DNA of 64,000 nt, taken from an uncultured Gemmatimonadales bacterium (GTDB lineage Bacteria > Gemmatimonadota > Gemmatimonadetes > Gemmatimonadales > GWC2-71-9). The stretch lies in NCBI GenBank assembly GCA_963844035.1, contig CAWJMT010000035.1, positions 9,537 to 73,536 on the forward strand, in the 5' to 3' direction. A program made the translations under genes and the position numbers. The first letter of the stretch is position 1, and every line of letters begins with the position of its first letter. Shown piece by piece: positions 54,139 through 63,507 of the stretch. Under the pieces are notes generated by a model. The model was not told where the DNA came from. It saw nothing but the letters and a program-made list of their open reading frames with translations, and ran no database searches.

Positions 54139-55937
54139 TCAGTACCCGACTGCGCCGCCGCCGCGCCGGGGATCGGCCACGCCGACCCAACCGTCGGCGG
54201 TCTTCGCGATCGCATTGACGCCCGTCTTGTAGCGCCACTCGTGGATGGTGTGGCCCATCGCGGTCAGCGAGTCGAGCGATGCCTTGCACGAACCCGCTCT
54301 TGCTCCACGTACAGGAGATCGGGCAGTCCCTGATGATGCAGGCGCGGCGCGGCCACGGCATCGCGCAACGACATGCCTTGATCGATGACGTTGCTGATCA
54401 CCTGGTACACTGCCGTCGTGATGCGCGAGCCGCCCGGCGAGCCCAGCACCATGAACAGCGCACCGGCGGTATCCAGCACGACGGAGGGGGTCATGGCGGA
54501 GAGCATGCGCTTTCCGGGCGCGATCGCGTTGGTGGCGCCTTGCACCAGGCCGTACAGGTTGGCCTTGCCGGGCGCCGTCGTGAAATCGTCCATCTCGTCG
54601 TTCAGCAGGAACCCCGCGCCGGTGACCGTGACGGCGCTGCCGAAATCGTTGTTCAGGGTCGTGGTGCACGACACGGCGTTGTCGTCGGCATCGACCACGG
54701 AATAGTGGGTCGTTTCCGTGCCCTCGACGTGGGGCGTCATGCGCGGCGTCGGCGTCGCACGCTGCAAGTCGATGTCCGCCCGAAGCGTCGCCGCATACTC
54801 CTTACTCAGCAGGCGCTCCACCGGGAGTGGCACGACGTCGGGATCCCCCAGGTACAGGTTCCGATCGACGAACGCGCGCCGCATCGTCTCCGCCTGGAGG
54901 TGCATGAGGGCCGCGCTGCCGAATCGGGGGAGGCTCGGGTAGCCCTCCATCACGTTGAGGATCTCGGCGAGCGTCACGCCGCCGCCGCTCGGCGGCATGG
55001 TGTAGATCGCGTAGCCCCGATACGTGATGTGGATCGGCACCCGCCACTTGGGGTGGTAGCGCGCCAGATCCTGCTTGGTGATCAGGCCGCCGCCGCGCTG
55101 CATCTCCTGCACGATGAGCTTGGCGATGCTGCCGTGGTAGAACGGCTTTGGACCGCTGTCGGCGATGAGCTGCAGGGTGGCCCCGAGCTCCCGCTGCACG
55201 AACGGCGTCCCGGGGGGCGGCGCGGCGCCATCGAGAAGAAACTGCGCCCGGGAGGCGGGGAAGCGGGTCAGCCGCTCCAACTCGACGTTGATGTTGCGGC
55301 TGCGAATCGCGTCGAGCACGTGGCCGTCGCGCGCGAGCGCGACCGCGGGCGCCACGACGTCGGCCCACGGCAGCTTGCCGAACTTGCGGTGCGCTTCGAA
55401 CATGCCGGCCACACTTCCCGGAACCCCCGCCGAGAGGGGCCCGGTGAGCGCCGCCTCCGTCACGTTGCCGGCCGAGTCCACGTACATGCCGGCGGTCGCG
55501 CCTCCGGGGGCGACCTCGCGGTAGTCGAGCGCGTGGACGGTACCGTCGTGCAGGCGGATCACCATGAACCCGCCGCCACCGATGTTGCCGGCAATCGGCT
55601 GCACCACGGCGAGCGCGAATCCGACCGCCACCGCGGCGTCGACGGCGTTGCCGCCGCGGCGCAGGATGTCGGCCCCGACGGCGCTGGCGAGCGGATGCGC
55701 CGACACCACCATGGCGTGCTGGCCGCTGACCGCGCCGCCCCGATCGGTGAGCGGCCACGTCGGCCCGATGAGGGGACTGCGGGCCGTGCTCTCGGGCGTC
55801 GGCGGTGGTGCCCCGCCGGCGACGGGCTCGGGCGCGGCTGGTGTCGCCGCCGGTCCCTTGGTGCCGCCGCAGGCCGCGAGCAGTGCGAGCGTAAGTGCGA
55901 GGAGTGCGCGCATCCCGAATTGTGCACGTTGACCCAA
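54139..55937 (-). CDS. ggt: Gamma-glutamyltranspeptidase, frameshifted near 54290-54310
   Basis: Lipoprotein signal ..LALLAAC. ETTHYSVVDADDNAVSCTTTLN (catalytic Thr) and PRLHHQGLPD. The C-terminal ..LTAMGHTI..GVADPRRGGGAVGY is in the frame of ORF 54139..54669. Confidence 0.9.
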
Positions 55938-55972
55938 GCAACGGTCAACGCCTAACTTGGAACCGACCCCCC

Positions 55973-56878
55973 ATGACCGCTCCCGGCCATCAGGATCCCC
56001 GCCTCACCGAGCAGCGCAACCCGCGGACCGAGCGCATCGATGTCGCCTCGAGCCTCGAAATCGCCGACCTGCTCGCGGGCGAAGACGCGCGCGTCGTTCC
56101 GGCGGTTCAGCTCGAGCGGGAGCGCGTGGCGCGCGCCATCGATCTTGCGGTCGCGGCGTTTCAGCGCGGCGGCCGCCTGCTCTACGTCGGAGCGGGGACC
56201 TCCGGCCGGCTCGGCGTGCTCGACGCGAGTGAGTGCCCGCCGACGTTCGGGACGCCACCCACGATGGTGGTGGGAATCATGGCGGGTGGCCTGCCGGCGC
56301 TGGTGCGGAGCATCGAGGGAGCGGAGGACGACGTGAACGCGGCAGACGCCGCGATCGATCAGGCGGGCGTGGGGAAGGCGGATTTCGTGCTCGGGATCGC
56401 GGCCAGCGGCACCACGCCGTTCGTCCGCGCGGCGCTGGGGCGCGCCAAATCGCTCGGCGCCACCACCGGCTTGCTGTCCTGCACCGATCCGCCGCGCCAG
56501 CTCGCCGAAGCTTGCGACGTGGTGATTCTCCCCAAGGTGGGCCCGGAAGCCGTGACCGGATCGACGCGCATGAAAGCCGGCACCGCCACCAAGCTCGTCC
56601 TCAACGCCATCACGACCGGCGCCATGATTCGGCTCGGCAAGGTGTACGGCAATCTGATGGTGGACGTGATGGCCACGAGCGACAAGCTGCGCGACCGTGG
56701 TGAACGGATCGTGATGGAGTGCGCCGGCGCGGATCGGGCGCGCGCCCGCGCCGCGATCGACGCGGCCGGCGGGAGCGTGAAGGTCGCGATCGTCATGGTG
56801 CGGCTGAGCCTGAGCCGCGACGAGGGCGTCCGCACGCTCGAGTCCGCGGGGGGGAGCATGCGCCGCGCGATCGGTGAT
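55973..56878 (+). CDS. murQ: N-acetylmuramic acid 6-phosphate etherase
   Basis: In-frame ATG at 55973. TEQRNPRTERID, GAGTSGRLGVLDASECPPTF and GSTRMKAGTATKLVLN. There is no in-frame stop before anmK (the ORF runs on to 57538), so the 3' end is approximate and probably affected by an indel. Confidence 0.85.
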
Positions 56879-56900
56879 CCACCTCCCGTCGGTCGGGCAA

Positions 56901-58025
56901 GTGACCACCACACTCGCCGTCGGGATCATGTCGGGCACGTCGCTCGACGGCGTGTCGACGGCGCTCGTGAAGGTGACGGAGTCGCCGCCCGGTGCGGAGC
57001 TCGTGGCATTCCGCGTCGAGCCTTACGCCGCCGCGGAGCGCGCGCAGATGATCGACGTCATGGCGCGCGGCAGCGCGCGGGACCTGGCGCTGTTGCACGT
57101 CGCGCTGGGCGAGCGCTTCGCCGGGGCCGTGCTGCAGCTGCTCGCCACGGCGGGGGTCGCGCCGCGCGACCTGTCCTTCGTCGCGTCGCACGGGCAGACC
57201 GTGTGGCACGAGCCGGGGCGCGCCACGCTGCAGCTGGGCGACCCCGCCGTGCTGGCGGAGCGCCTCGGCGTGCGGGTGGTGAGCGATTTTCGTGCGCGCG
57301 ATGTGGCGGCGGGGGGCCAGGGGGCTCCCCTCGTGCCGCTCGCCGACGTGCTGCTGTTCGGGCACCCCGCGCACGGGCGGCTGCTGCTCAACCTCGGCGG
57401 CATCGCCAACGTCACCTGGGTGGCGCGGCGCGGCGAGATCGCGGGCGCCGTGGCATTCGACACCGGACCGGGCGTGGGCGTGATCGACGCCGTAGTACGG
57501 CGGTTCACGCCCGACGCACCGTTCGATCGCGACGGTGAGCGCGCTCGTCGCGGGCAGCCGATCTCGTCCGTATTGGACCAGCTGCTTGCCGATGCGTATT
57601 TCGCCGCGCCTCCTCCCAAGAGCACCGGGCGTGAGCGCTTCAGCCCGGCGTACGCGGAGCAGTCTGATCGAGCTGGTGCGAGCGGCGGGCGGCTCCGAGA
57701 ACGACGCCGTCGCGACGGCCACGGTGCTGACCGCCGAGGCCGTGGCCCGGGCGATCACGCGGTGGACCCCGGCGGGCGCCGGGGAGGAGCTGGTGATCTC
57801 GGGCGGCGGCGCGCGCAATCCCGCGTTGGTCGAGCAGCTCGCCGCGCGCGTGCATCCCCGGCCCGTGGTGCTGTTCGACGCGCTGTTCTTCGATGGCGAA
57901 GCGAAGGAGGCTCTGGTCTTTGCGTTCCTCGGATCATCTCACGCTCGACCAACCGGCCCGGGAATCTCCCCGCCGCGACGGGCGCCCGCGGCCCGCGCGT
58001 GTTGGGGCACGTCACCCCGGCGTGA
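56901..58025 (+). CDS. anmK: Anhydro-N-acetylmuramic acid kinase, two frameshifts (~57650 and ~57930)
   Basis: VGIMSGTSLDGV, DFRARDVAAGGQGAPLVP and FDTGPG are in ORF 56874..58025. The middle part (..VISGGGARNPALVEQL..EAKEALVFAFLG) is in the frame of ORF 57535..58587. Confidence 0.85.
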   Translation: MTTTLAVGIMSGTSLDGVSTALVKVTESPPGAELVAFRVEPYAAAERAQMIDVMARGSARDLALLHVALGERFAGAVLQLLATAGVAPRDLSFVASHGQTVWHEPGRATLQLGDPAVLAERLGVRVVSDFRARDVAAGGQGAPLVPLADVLLFGHPAHGRLLLNLGGIANVTWVARRGEIAGAVAFDTGPGVGVIDAVVRRFTPDAPFDRDGERARRGQPISSVLDQLLADAYFAAPPPKSTGRERFSPAYAEQSDRAGASGGRLRERRRRDGHGADRRGRGPGDHAVDPGGRRGGAGDLGRRRAQSRVGRAARRARASPARGAVRRAVLRWRSEGGSGLCVPRIISRSTNRPGNLPAATGARGPRVLGHVTPA

Positions 58026-59475
58026 GTGCAACGCTTGCGCGGCTGGTGTTTCCGTCGCTCCGATTCAGACCGGCGACGGCGGCGGGTTCGCGCATGAGCG
58101 CGCCAAGATCGATGCGGCCCTCAAGGCCGGCGTCGGGGGATTCATCCTGTTCGGCGGCGACCGCGCAAGCATCACGACGCTCACGACGAACCTGCGCGCG
58201 GCCGCCGGGCGCCCACTGCTGATCGGCGCCGACCTGGAGCGCGGGCCCAGGCAGCAGGTCGAGGGACTCACCGAGCTGCCGCCCCCCGCCGCGCTCGGAT
58301 GGCTGGCGGACCTGACCGACGACCAACACGGCGGGCATGATCACCGCGGTGCGAGGCCCGGTCGGTCGGCATCACGTGGGCGTTTGCCCCGGTGTGCGAT
58401 CTCGACAATGAGCCGAAGAACCCGATCGTCCAGACGCGCTCCTTCGGCGTCGATCCGGCGCTCGTGGGCGAGCACGCGGCAGCGTGGATCCGTGGCTGCC
58501 AGGAGCACGGCGTGCTCGCGTGCGCCAAGCACTATCCGGGACACGGGCGGACCACGCAGGACTCCCATGCGACGCTGCCGCGGGTGACGACGGCGATGGC
58601 GGAGCTCGAGCAGACCGATCTGGTCCCGTTCGCGGCGGCGGTGCGCGCCGGGGTCGGCAGCGTGATGAGCGCGTTCGTCGCGTATCCGGGCTGGGACCCG
58701 AGCGGCAGTGCCGCGGGCTACTCGCCGAGTGATGCTCGACTACCTGCGGGACACGCTTGGCTTCCAGGGCATCGTGGTCACCGACGCGCTGATCATGGCG
58801 GGAGCGACCGCGCGCCAGGCCGAGGCGCCCGCCACGGCGAGCGCGGTAGCGGCGGGGTGCGATGCGCTGTTGTATCCGGCGGACTTCGCAGGCGTAGTCG
58901 CGGAGCTCGACCGCGCCGTGGGCGGTGTGATCTCCGTCGCCCGGGCCGACGCCGCGCTGGCGCGCTACCAGCACGCGGTGGATACGTGGAGTCAGGGCCC
59001 CGAGCAGGGCGAGCCGGACCTGGCGGCGCACGCCGACTACGCCGATCGGCTCGCCACGCGGGTGACGCACATGGTGCGGGGCGATGCGCCGGCGCATCGC
59101 GCCGCCGTTATCGTGTCGATCGTGGACGACGATGTGGGTGGGCCGTACAAGGTCGGGCCGCGGGACGTCTTCCACGCACACCTTGCGCGAGGCGGGGGTA
59201 GCAATCGCAGCGGGCAACGGGGAACGGGCAGACGGGGAACGGGTATCGTGCTCGTCTACGCCGAGCCGCGGTCGTGGAAGGGGCGGGCCGACCTGGGTCC
59301 GCGCTCGCTCTCGGCCCTGAAGACGCTCGCACCGAAGGCCGCCCTCATTATTCTGTTCGGCCATCCGCGTCTCGCGGCGCAGATTCCGGGCAAGGCGCCG
59401 GTGGTGTGCTGCTGGCATGGGCAGCCGTTGATGCAGCGCGCGGCGGCGAGGTGGGTCAAAGACAAGACCAAGTAA
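58022..59475 (+). CDS. Glycoside hydrolase family 3 (NagZ-like beta-N-acetylhexosaminidase) with a C-terminal extension, at least 3 frameshifts
   Basis: The GTG overlaps the anmK stop (GTGA). ..GGFILFGG.. and LIGADLERG are in the frame of 57535..58587. NPIVQTRSFG..KHYPGHGRTTQDSH is in ORF 58392..59201. ..LGFQGIVVTDALIMAG is in ORF 58708..59475. Confidence 0.8.
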
Positions 59476-59483
59476 GAGGGACG

Positions 59484-59534
59484 GGGGACGAGGGAGGGGT
59501 AGCACCCGTCCCCCGTCCCCCCTCCCTCGTCCCC
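59484..59534. terminator. GC-rich hairpin between convergent genes
   Basis: GGGGACGAGGGAGGGG (59484-59499) is the exact reverse complement of CCCCTCCCTCGTCCCC (59519-59534), with a 19-nt loop. No U-run follows. Confidence 0.45.
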
Positions 59535-60973
59535 TACCGCATCACTCCGAGTTGTCTCAGGTATGCTGAAACGGTCCGTCCCGGCACCGCAAAAATGATC
59601 TTGCCCTGAGACTCCCGGTTCCCGCCGTACAGCATCGCGACCACGCGACCGTCGCGGTCGAAGATTGGACTGCCTGAGGATCCCGGCGCCCCGTAGCCAT
59701 CCACCTGCACGAGGGTACTCAGCACCTTGCTCACCGTCCCCACCGTCAGCGTGGGATCGGCGACGGTGGTGCGGTCCTGGCTTTCCATCGGCAGGTCCTC
59801 GCCGAGCGGATAGCCGATGATCGCGACCGGGTCGCCGCGCTGCGGATCTTGTGCGGCGGCGGCGAATCCCACGACGCGCGGCGTGCCGCCGCGGATGTCC
59901 ACCTTGAAGACGCCGACATCGGCGCTGTCGGACACGCCGAGCAGGCGTCCCTGGAACCACTGCTTGCTCCCCGAAAACTTGACGGCGATGCCGAGCGGCG
60001 CGCGGCCGCCCGCTTCGCCCACGAGCACATGCTTGTTGGTGACCATCGTGCCCTGAGAGTCCACCGAAAACGCCGTGCCGCTGAACACCTCGGTCGCGGA
60101 GAACTTGACCAGCACCAGGGCCACGGCGTCGGTATTGCGACGCGCGATCCCACGGAAGTCCACGCGCGAGGCGTCGGCGAGTCCTCGCTGGCGCAGTTCG
60201 GCGGAGTCGAGCTGGGAGCGGAGCAGCGCCACCGTGGCGGGGTCACCGCTCGTTCCCAGCGCGGCAAGGGCGCCGCGCAGCCGTCCCGTCTCAGCCTGCG
60301 AGGCGCGCAGCGCGGTGCGCATGCTTTGCATTTCGGTTTGGACGCTGGACAGGAGCAGCTGCGCCGCCCGACTCAGGGAATCGGCGCGCGCTTGCAGCGC
60401 GGCGAGCTCACCAGCGTGGCGGGCGTTGTTCCATTGCATCCACCCGAAGGCGCCGACGCTCACTAAGAGGAGGGCGAGGAGCGTCTTGGTGGTGCGGCGG
60501 AGCCCCTGCGTCTGGCGCTCGACTTCCGCGGCGATGCGCACGCCGGTGCTGCTGGGCGCGGGCGGAGTGCGGGGCGGGGCGGACACCGCGCGGAACTGGT
60601 CCCGTGGAGACGACATCCGCCCGGCGGAATCGCGCGCGGCGGCTGACGAATCGGCGGCGCCGGCATCGAGGACGTGAAACTCGAGCGACGGGCCGTGAGT
60701 GCCGAGCGCGATGACGTCGCCGTCGCGCACCGGCGCATCGCCCGTGACCGCGATCCCGTTGACGAACGTGCCGTTGGTGCTGCCGAGGTCGCGTACGATG
60801 AAGGCGTCACCCTGGCGGATGATCGCGGCGTGTTGGGAAGAGACATCGAGGTCGCCCGCCGGATCGAACCGCAGATCCGACAGGGGATTCCGGCCCAGCG
60901 CGACGTAGCCTTTCTGGAATGTCTCAACCTGTCCGGCGCGTGTGCCGGACAGGATCTTGATTCGAGCCTTCAC
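59534..60973 (-). CDS. FHA domain - TM - coiled coil - trypsin-like (S1C) serine protease fusion protein
   Basis: N-terminal FHA domain (..LGRNPLSDLRF..VSSQHAAI..DLGSTNGTFVNG), a TM segment LLALLLVSVGAFGW, and a C-terminal protease with GAPGSSGSPIFDRDGRVVAM. Confidence 0.85.
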   Translation of the reverse strand: MKARIKILSGTRAGQVETFQKGYVALGRNPLSDLRFDPAGDLDVSSQHAAIIRQGDAFIVRDLGSTNGTFVNGIAVTGDAPVRDGDVIALGTHGPSLEFHVLDAGAADSSAAARDSAGRMSSPRDQFRAVSAPPRTPPAPSSTGVRIAAEVERQTQGLRRTTKTLLALLLVSVGAFGWMQWNNARHAGELAALQARADSLSRAAQLLLSSVQTEMQSMRTALRASQAETGRLRGALAALGTSGDPATVALLRSQLDSAELRQRGLADASRVDFRGIARRNTDAVALVLVKFSATEVFSGTAFSVDSQGTMVTNKHVLVGEAGGRAPLGIAVKFSGSKQWFQGRLLGVSDSADVGVFKVDIRGGTPRVVGFAAAAQDPQRGDPVAIIGYPLGEDLPMESQDRTTVADPTLTVGTVSKVLSTLVQVDGYGAPGSSGSPIFDRDGRVVAMLYGGNRESQGKIIFAVPGRTVSAYLRQLGVMR

Positions 60974-62001
60974 GGGCGCTGGCCGACGAGGTACAGCCCC
61001 AGGCCCACCAGCGTCGCCGCGATCGCCAACAGGAGCAACGCGCGCCAGCGCGTGCGCCTCGCCCGCACCGGCGGCGGGCTGCCGGTGTAGACGGGAACGG
61101 GCTCGGTGGCCGTGTCCGTGTCGATGAGCGGGTACACCTGATGCCCGGGCGTGTCTCCCGGGTCAGCGGCACGCAGCCCCTCACCCTCGAAGCGCGCGAC
61201 GATCACCGTGATGTTGTCCGGGCCCCCGCGCTCGTTCGCGAGCGCGATGAGACGATCGCATGCGCCCGGCAGGTCGTGCCCGCCGCCCACGATCGCGCTG
61301 ATTTCCTCCTTCTTTACCTGGCCCGTGAGGCCGTCGGAGCAGAGGACGAGCACGTCGCCGTTCCGCAGCTCCTGATGCGTCAGGTCCACCTTCACTTTGG
61401 GATCGGGGCCGAGCGCCTGGAGAATGATGTTGCGGCGTTCGCTGTGCGCCGCCTCCTCCTCGGTGAGCTCGCCGGCCTCGACCAGGCGCTGCATCAGCGA
61501 CTGATCCTTGGTGAGCTGGAATGCCGTCCCGTTGCGTACCAGATAGGCGCGGCTGTCCCCGACCTGCGTGAGGAATACCTGGTCGCCGAGTACGCCGACG
61601 GCGGTCGTGGTCGTCCCCATCCCGCGCATTTCAGGGTGCGCGATCGCATACGAATGAATGTGCCGGTTCGCCGCCTCGACCGCCTCGCGCAGCCGGTACG
61701 CAAACCGCTGCGATGTGGGCTCCGGCTCCTCGCCCCAGGCCGTGACCAGGTGATTGTAGATCGTATCGGTGGCCATCTCGCTGGCGATCTCTCCCGCCGC
61801 CGCGCCCCCCATCCCGTCGGCCACCACGAGCAATGAGCCGTACCCACCCACCTCGTGCTCTCGTACCTCGGGCAGCAGCGAAGCCTGCCGCCGCGAGAGA
61901 TCGGCAACGAGAAAGTGATCTTCGTTGTGATCGCGCGAGCGGCCCACGTCCGTCTTGGCGAACACGTGAATCTGGGTGGGCTTGGAGACGCGTCCGAACA
62001 T
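60970..62001 (-). CDS. PP2C-family Ser/Thr phosphatase with a C-terminal TM anchor
   Basis: In-frame ATG at 62001. KTDVGRSRDHNEDHF, VADGMGGAAAGEIAS, LLCSDGL, DNITVIV, then ALLLLAIAATLVGLGLYLV. Confidence 0.9.
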   Translation of the reverse strand: MFGRVSKPTQIHVFAKTDVGRSRDHNEDHFLVADLSRRQASLLPEVREHEVGGYGSLLVVADGMGGAAAGEIASEMATDTIYNHLVTAWGEEPEPTSQRFAYRLREAVEAANRHIHSYAIAHPEMRGMGTTTTAVGVLGDQVFLTQVGDSRAYLVRNGTAFQLTKDQSLMQRLVEAGELTEEEAAHSERRNIILQALGPDPKVKVDLTHQELRNGDVLVLCSDGLTGQVKKEEISAIVGGGHDLPGACDRLIALANERGGPDNITVIVARFEGEGLRAADPGDTPGHQVYPLIDTDTATEPVPVYTGSPPPVRARRTRWRALLLLAIAATLVGLGLYLVGQRP

Positions 62002-62003
62002 GG

Positions 62004-63507
62004 CTATGGCTCGCAGAGGGAGTGCACGAGGGCGGGATAGGATCGGACCCCGGCGTCGAGACCGGCGGCCCGTCGCGCCCATTGGCACCCCTGCGCGCGA
62101 TCGTCGAGCTTGGCGTAGGCATTCGCGACCAGGTACGCCGCCAGGGCGCGATCGGTGGCGGCCACGCCGGGCGTGTCATAGGCCGCCCGCGCCGAGTCCC
62201 GCAGGGTCGCACCGTCCAGGACATCGATACGATCGAACAGGTCGTTCAGCCGCGTCGCGACCGGGACCGCCGGCTTGGGTGGCACTGGCGTCGCGGTGCC
62301 CGCCGACCGGGCGGGCGGATTCGACGGGGCTTCGCTTGTGGGTGACGTCTGCGGAGTGGTGGTCGTGGATGTGCGGCGTGGCGTCGCGCCGGGCCCACAG
62401 GGCGTACGCGCCGCCGGCGCCGATCAAGACGATGGCGCCGAGCGCCATCGGCAGGGCCGAACGTCGCTTGGCGGGCGCGGGCCGGGCGGAGGGAGTAAGG
62501 ATCTGCGTCTTCCCGTCCGCGTCGGCGCGCGTGGCCGGCACCGCCGCCGCCGCCCCGCGCCCCAGTCCCGCGACGGCGGCCACGTCGCTCGCGAACTTGG
62601 CGGCTGACTGATACCGCTCGGTGGGGTCACGAGCCAGTGCCACGTCCAAGGTCGCCTGGAGGCCGGCGGGATAGGTGATGGTTGGACGCGCCGCCGCGAG
62701 TGTGAGCGGATCGTCGGTGAGCCGTTTGATCATCGTCTCCTGTATCGTGCTCGCTTCGAACGGCAGTTTGCCCGTCAGCATCTTGTACAGCACGAGCGCC
62801 AGCGAGTAGATGTCCGAGCGGCCGTCGACCTTGTCACCCGCGAGCTGCTCCGGGCTCATGAATTCCGGCGTCCCAACCACAAGTCCCGTCTTGGTCACCT
62901 TCTGGGAGTCGTCGCCGCCGATCGCCTTGGCGATCCCGAAATCCACGACCTTCACCACGTCCGTCCCGTTCCGTCCCCGGGCCAGCATGATATTGTCGGG
63001 TTTCAGGTCCCGGTGCACGATGCCAAGGTCGTGGGCGGCCTGAAGCGCGTCGGCCACCTGGGCAAAAATCTGTACCGCGCGCCCGGTGGGGAGCGACTCG
63101 TCGCGCTTGAGGAGATCGGTGAGGGGCTCGCCCTCGACGAACTCCATGGCGAGATAGATCAGGCCGTCGCTCGTCTCCCCGAAATCGTAGATCGCAGCCA
63201 CGTTGGGATGGGTGATGCGGCTCGCGTTGGCGGCCTCGCGGTTGAAGCGCGCCACGGCGTCGGGGTCGTGCACCATCGACGGGTTCATCACCTTGATCGC
63301 GCTGCGCCGGCCCATCTTGACGTGCTCGGCGAGATACACCTGACCCATCCCTCCCTCGCCCAGCTTTCTCGTCACATGGTAGCGGTCGGCGATCACCTGG
63401 TCGACCAGGTCGCTCGCGGGGGAAGCCGCGCGCAGCGTCTGCCCGTCGTTCGGACAGAACTTCACGTCGTCCGCGTACTCCGTGTTGCACACCGGGCAGA
63501 CCTTCAT
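62004..63507 (-). CDS. Ser/Thr protein kinase with an N-terminal zinc ribbon, TM segment and extracytoplasmic C-terminal domain; one frameshift near 62395
   Basis: ATG at 63507. CPVCNTEY..CPNDG, GEGGMGQVY, HRDLKPDNIML, DFGIAK and GTPEFMSPEQ. After the TM segment (ALGAIVLIGAGGAYALW) the reading continues in the frame of ORF 62004..62285 (..TSTTTTPQTSP..VPPKPAV..). Confidence 0.9.

Noticed and set aside
55895-57538. A 547-aa ORF suggesting a MurQ fusion protein.
   Set aside because: The MurQ similarity ends near 56878. The remainder is an Arg-rich out-of-frame reading of anmK. The most likely cause is a lost stop or an indel at the murQ 3' end.
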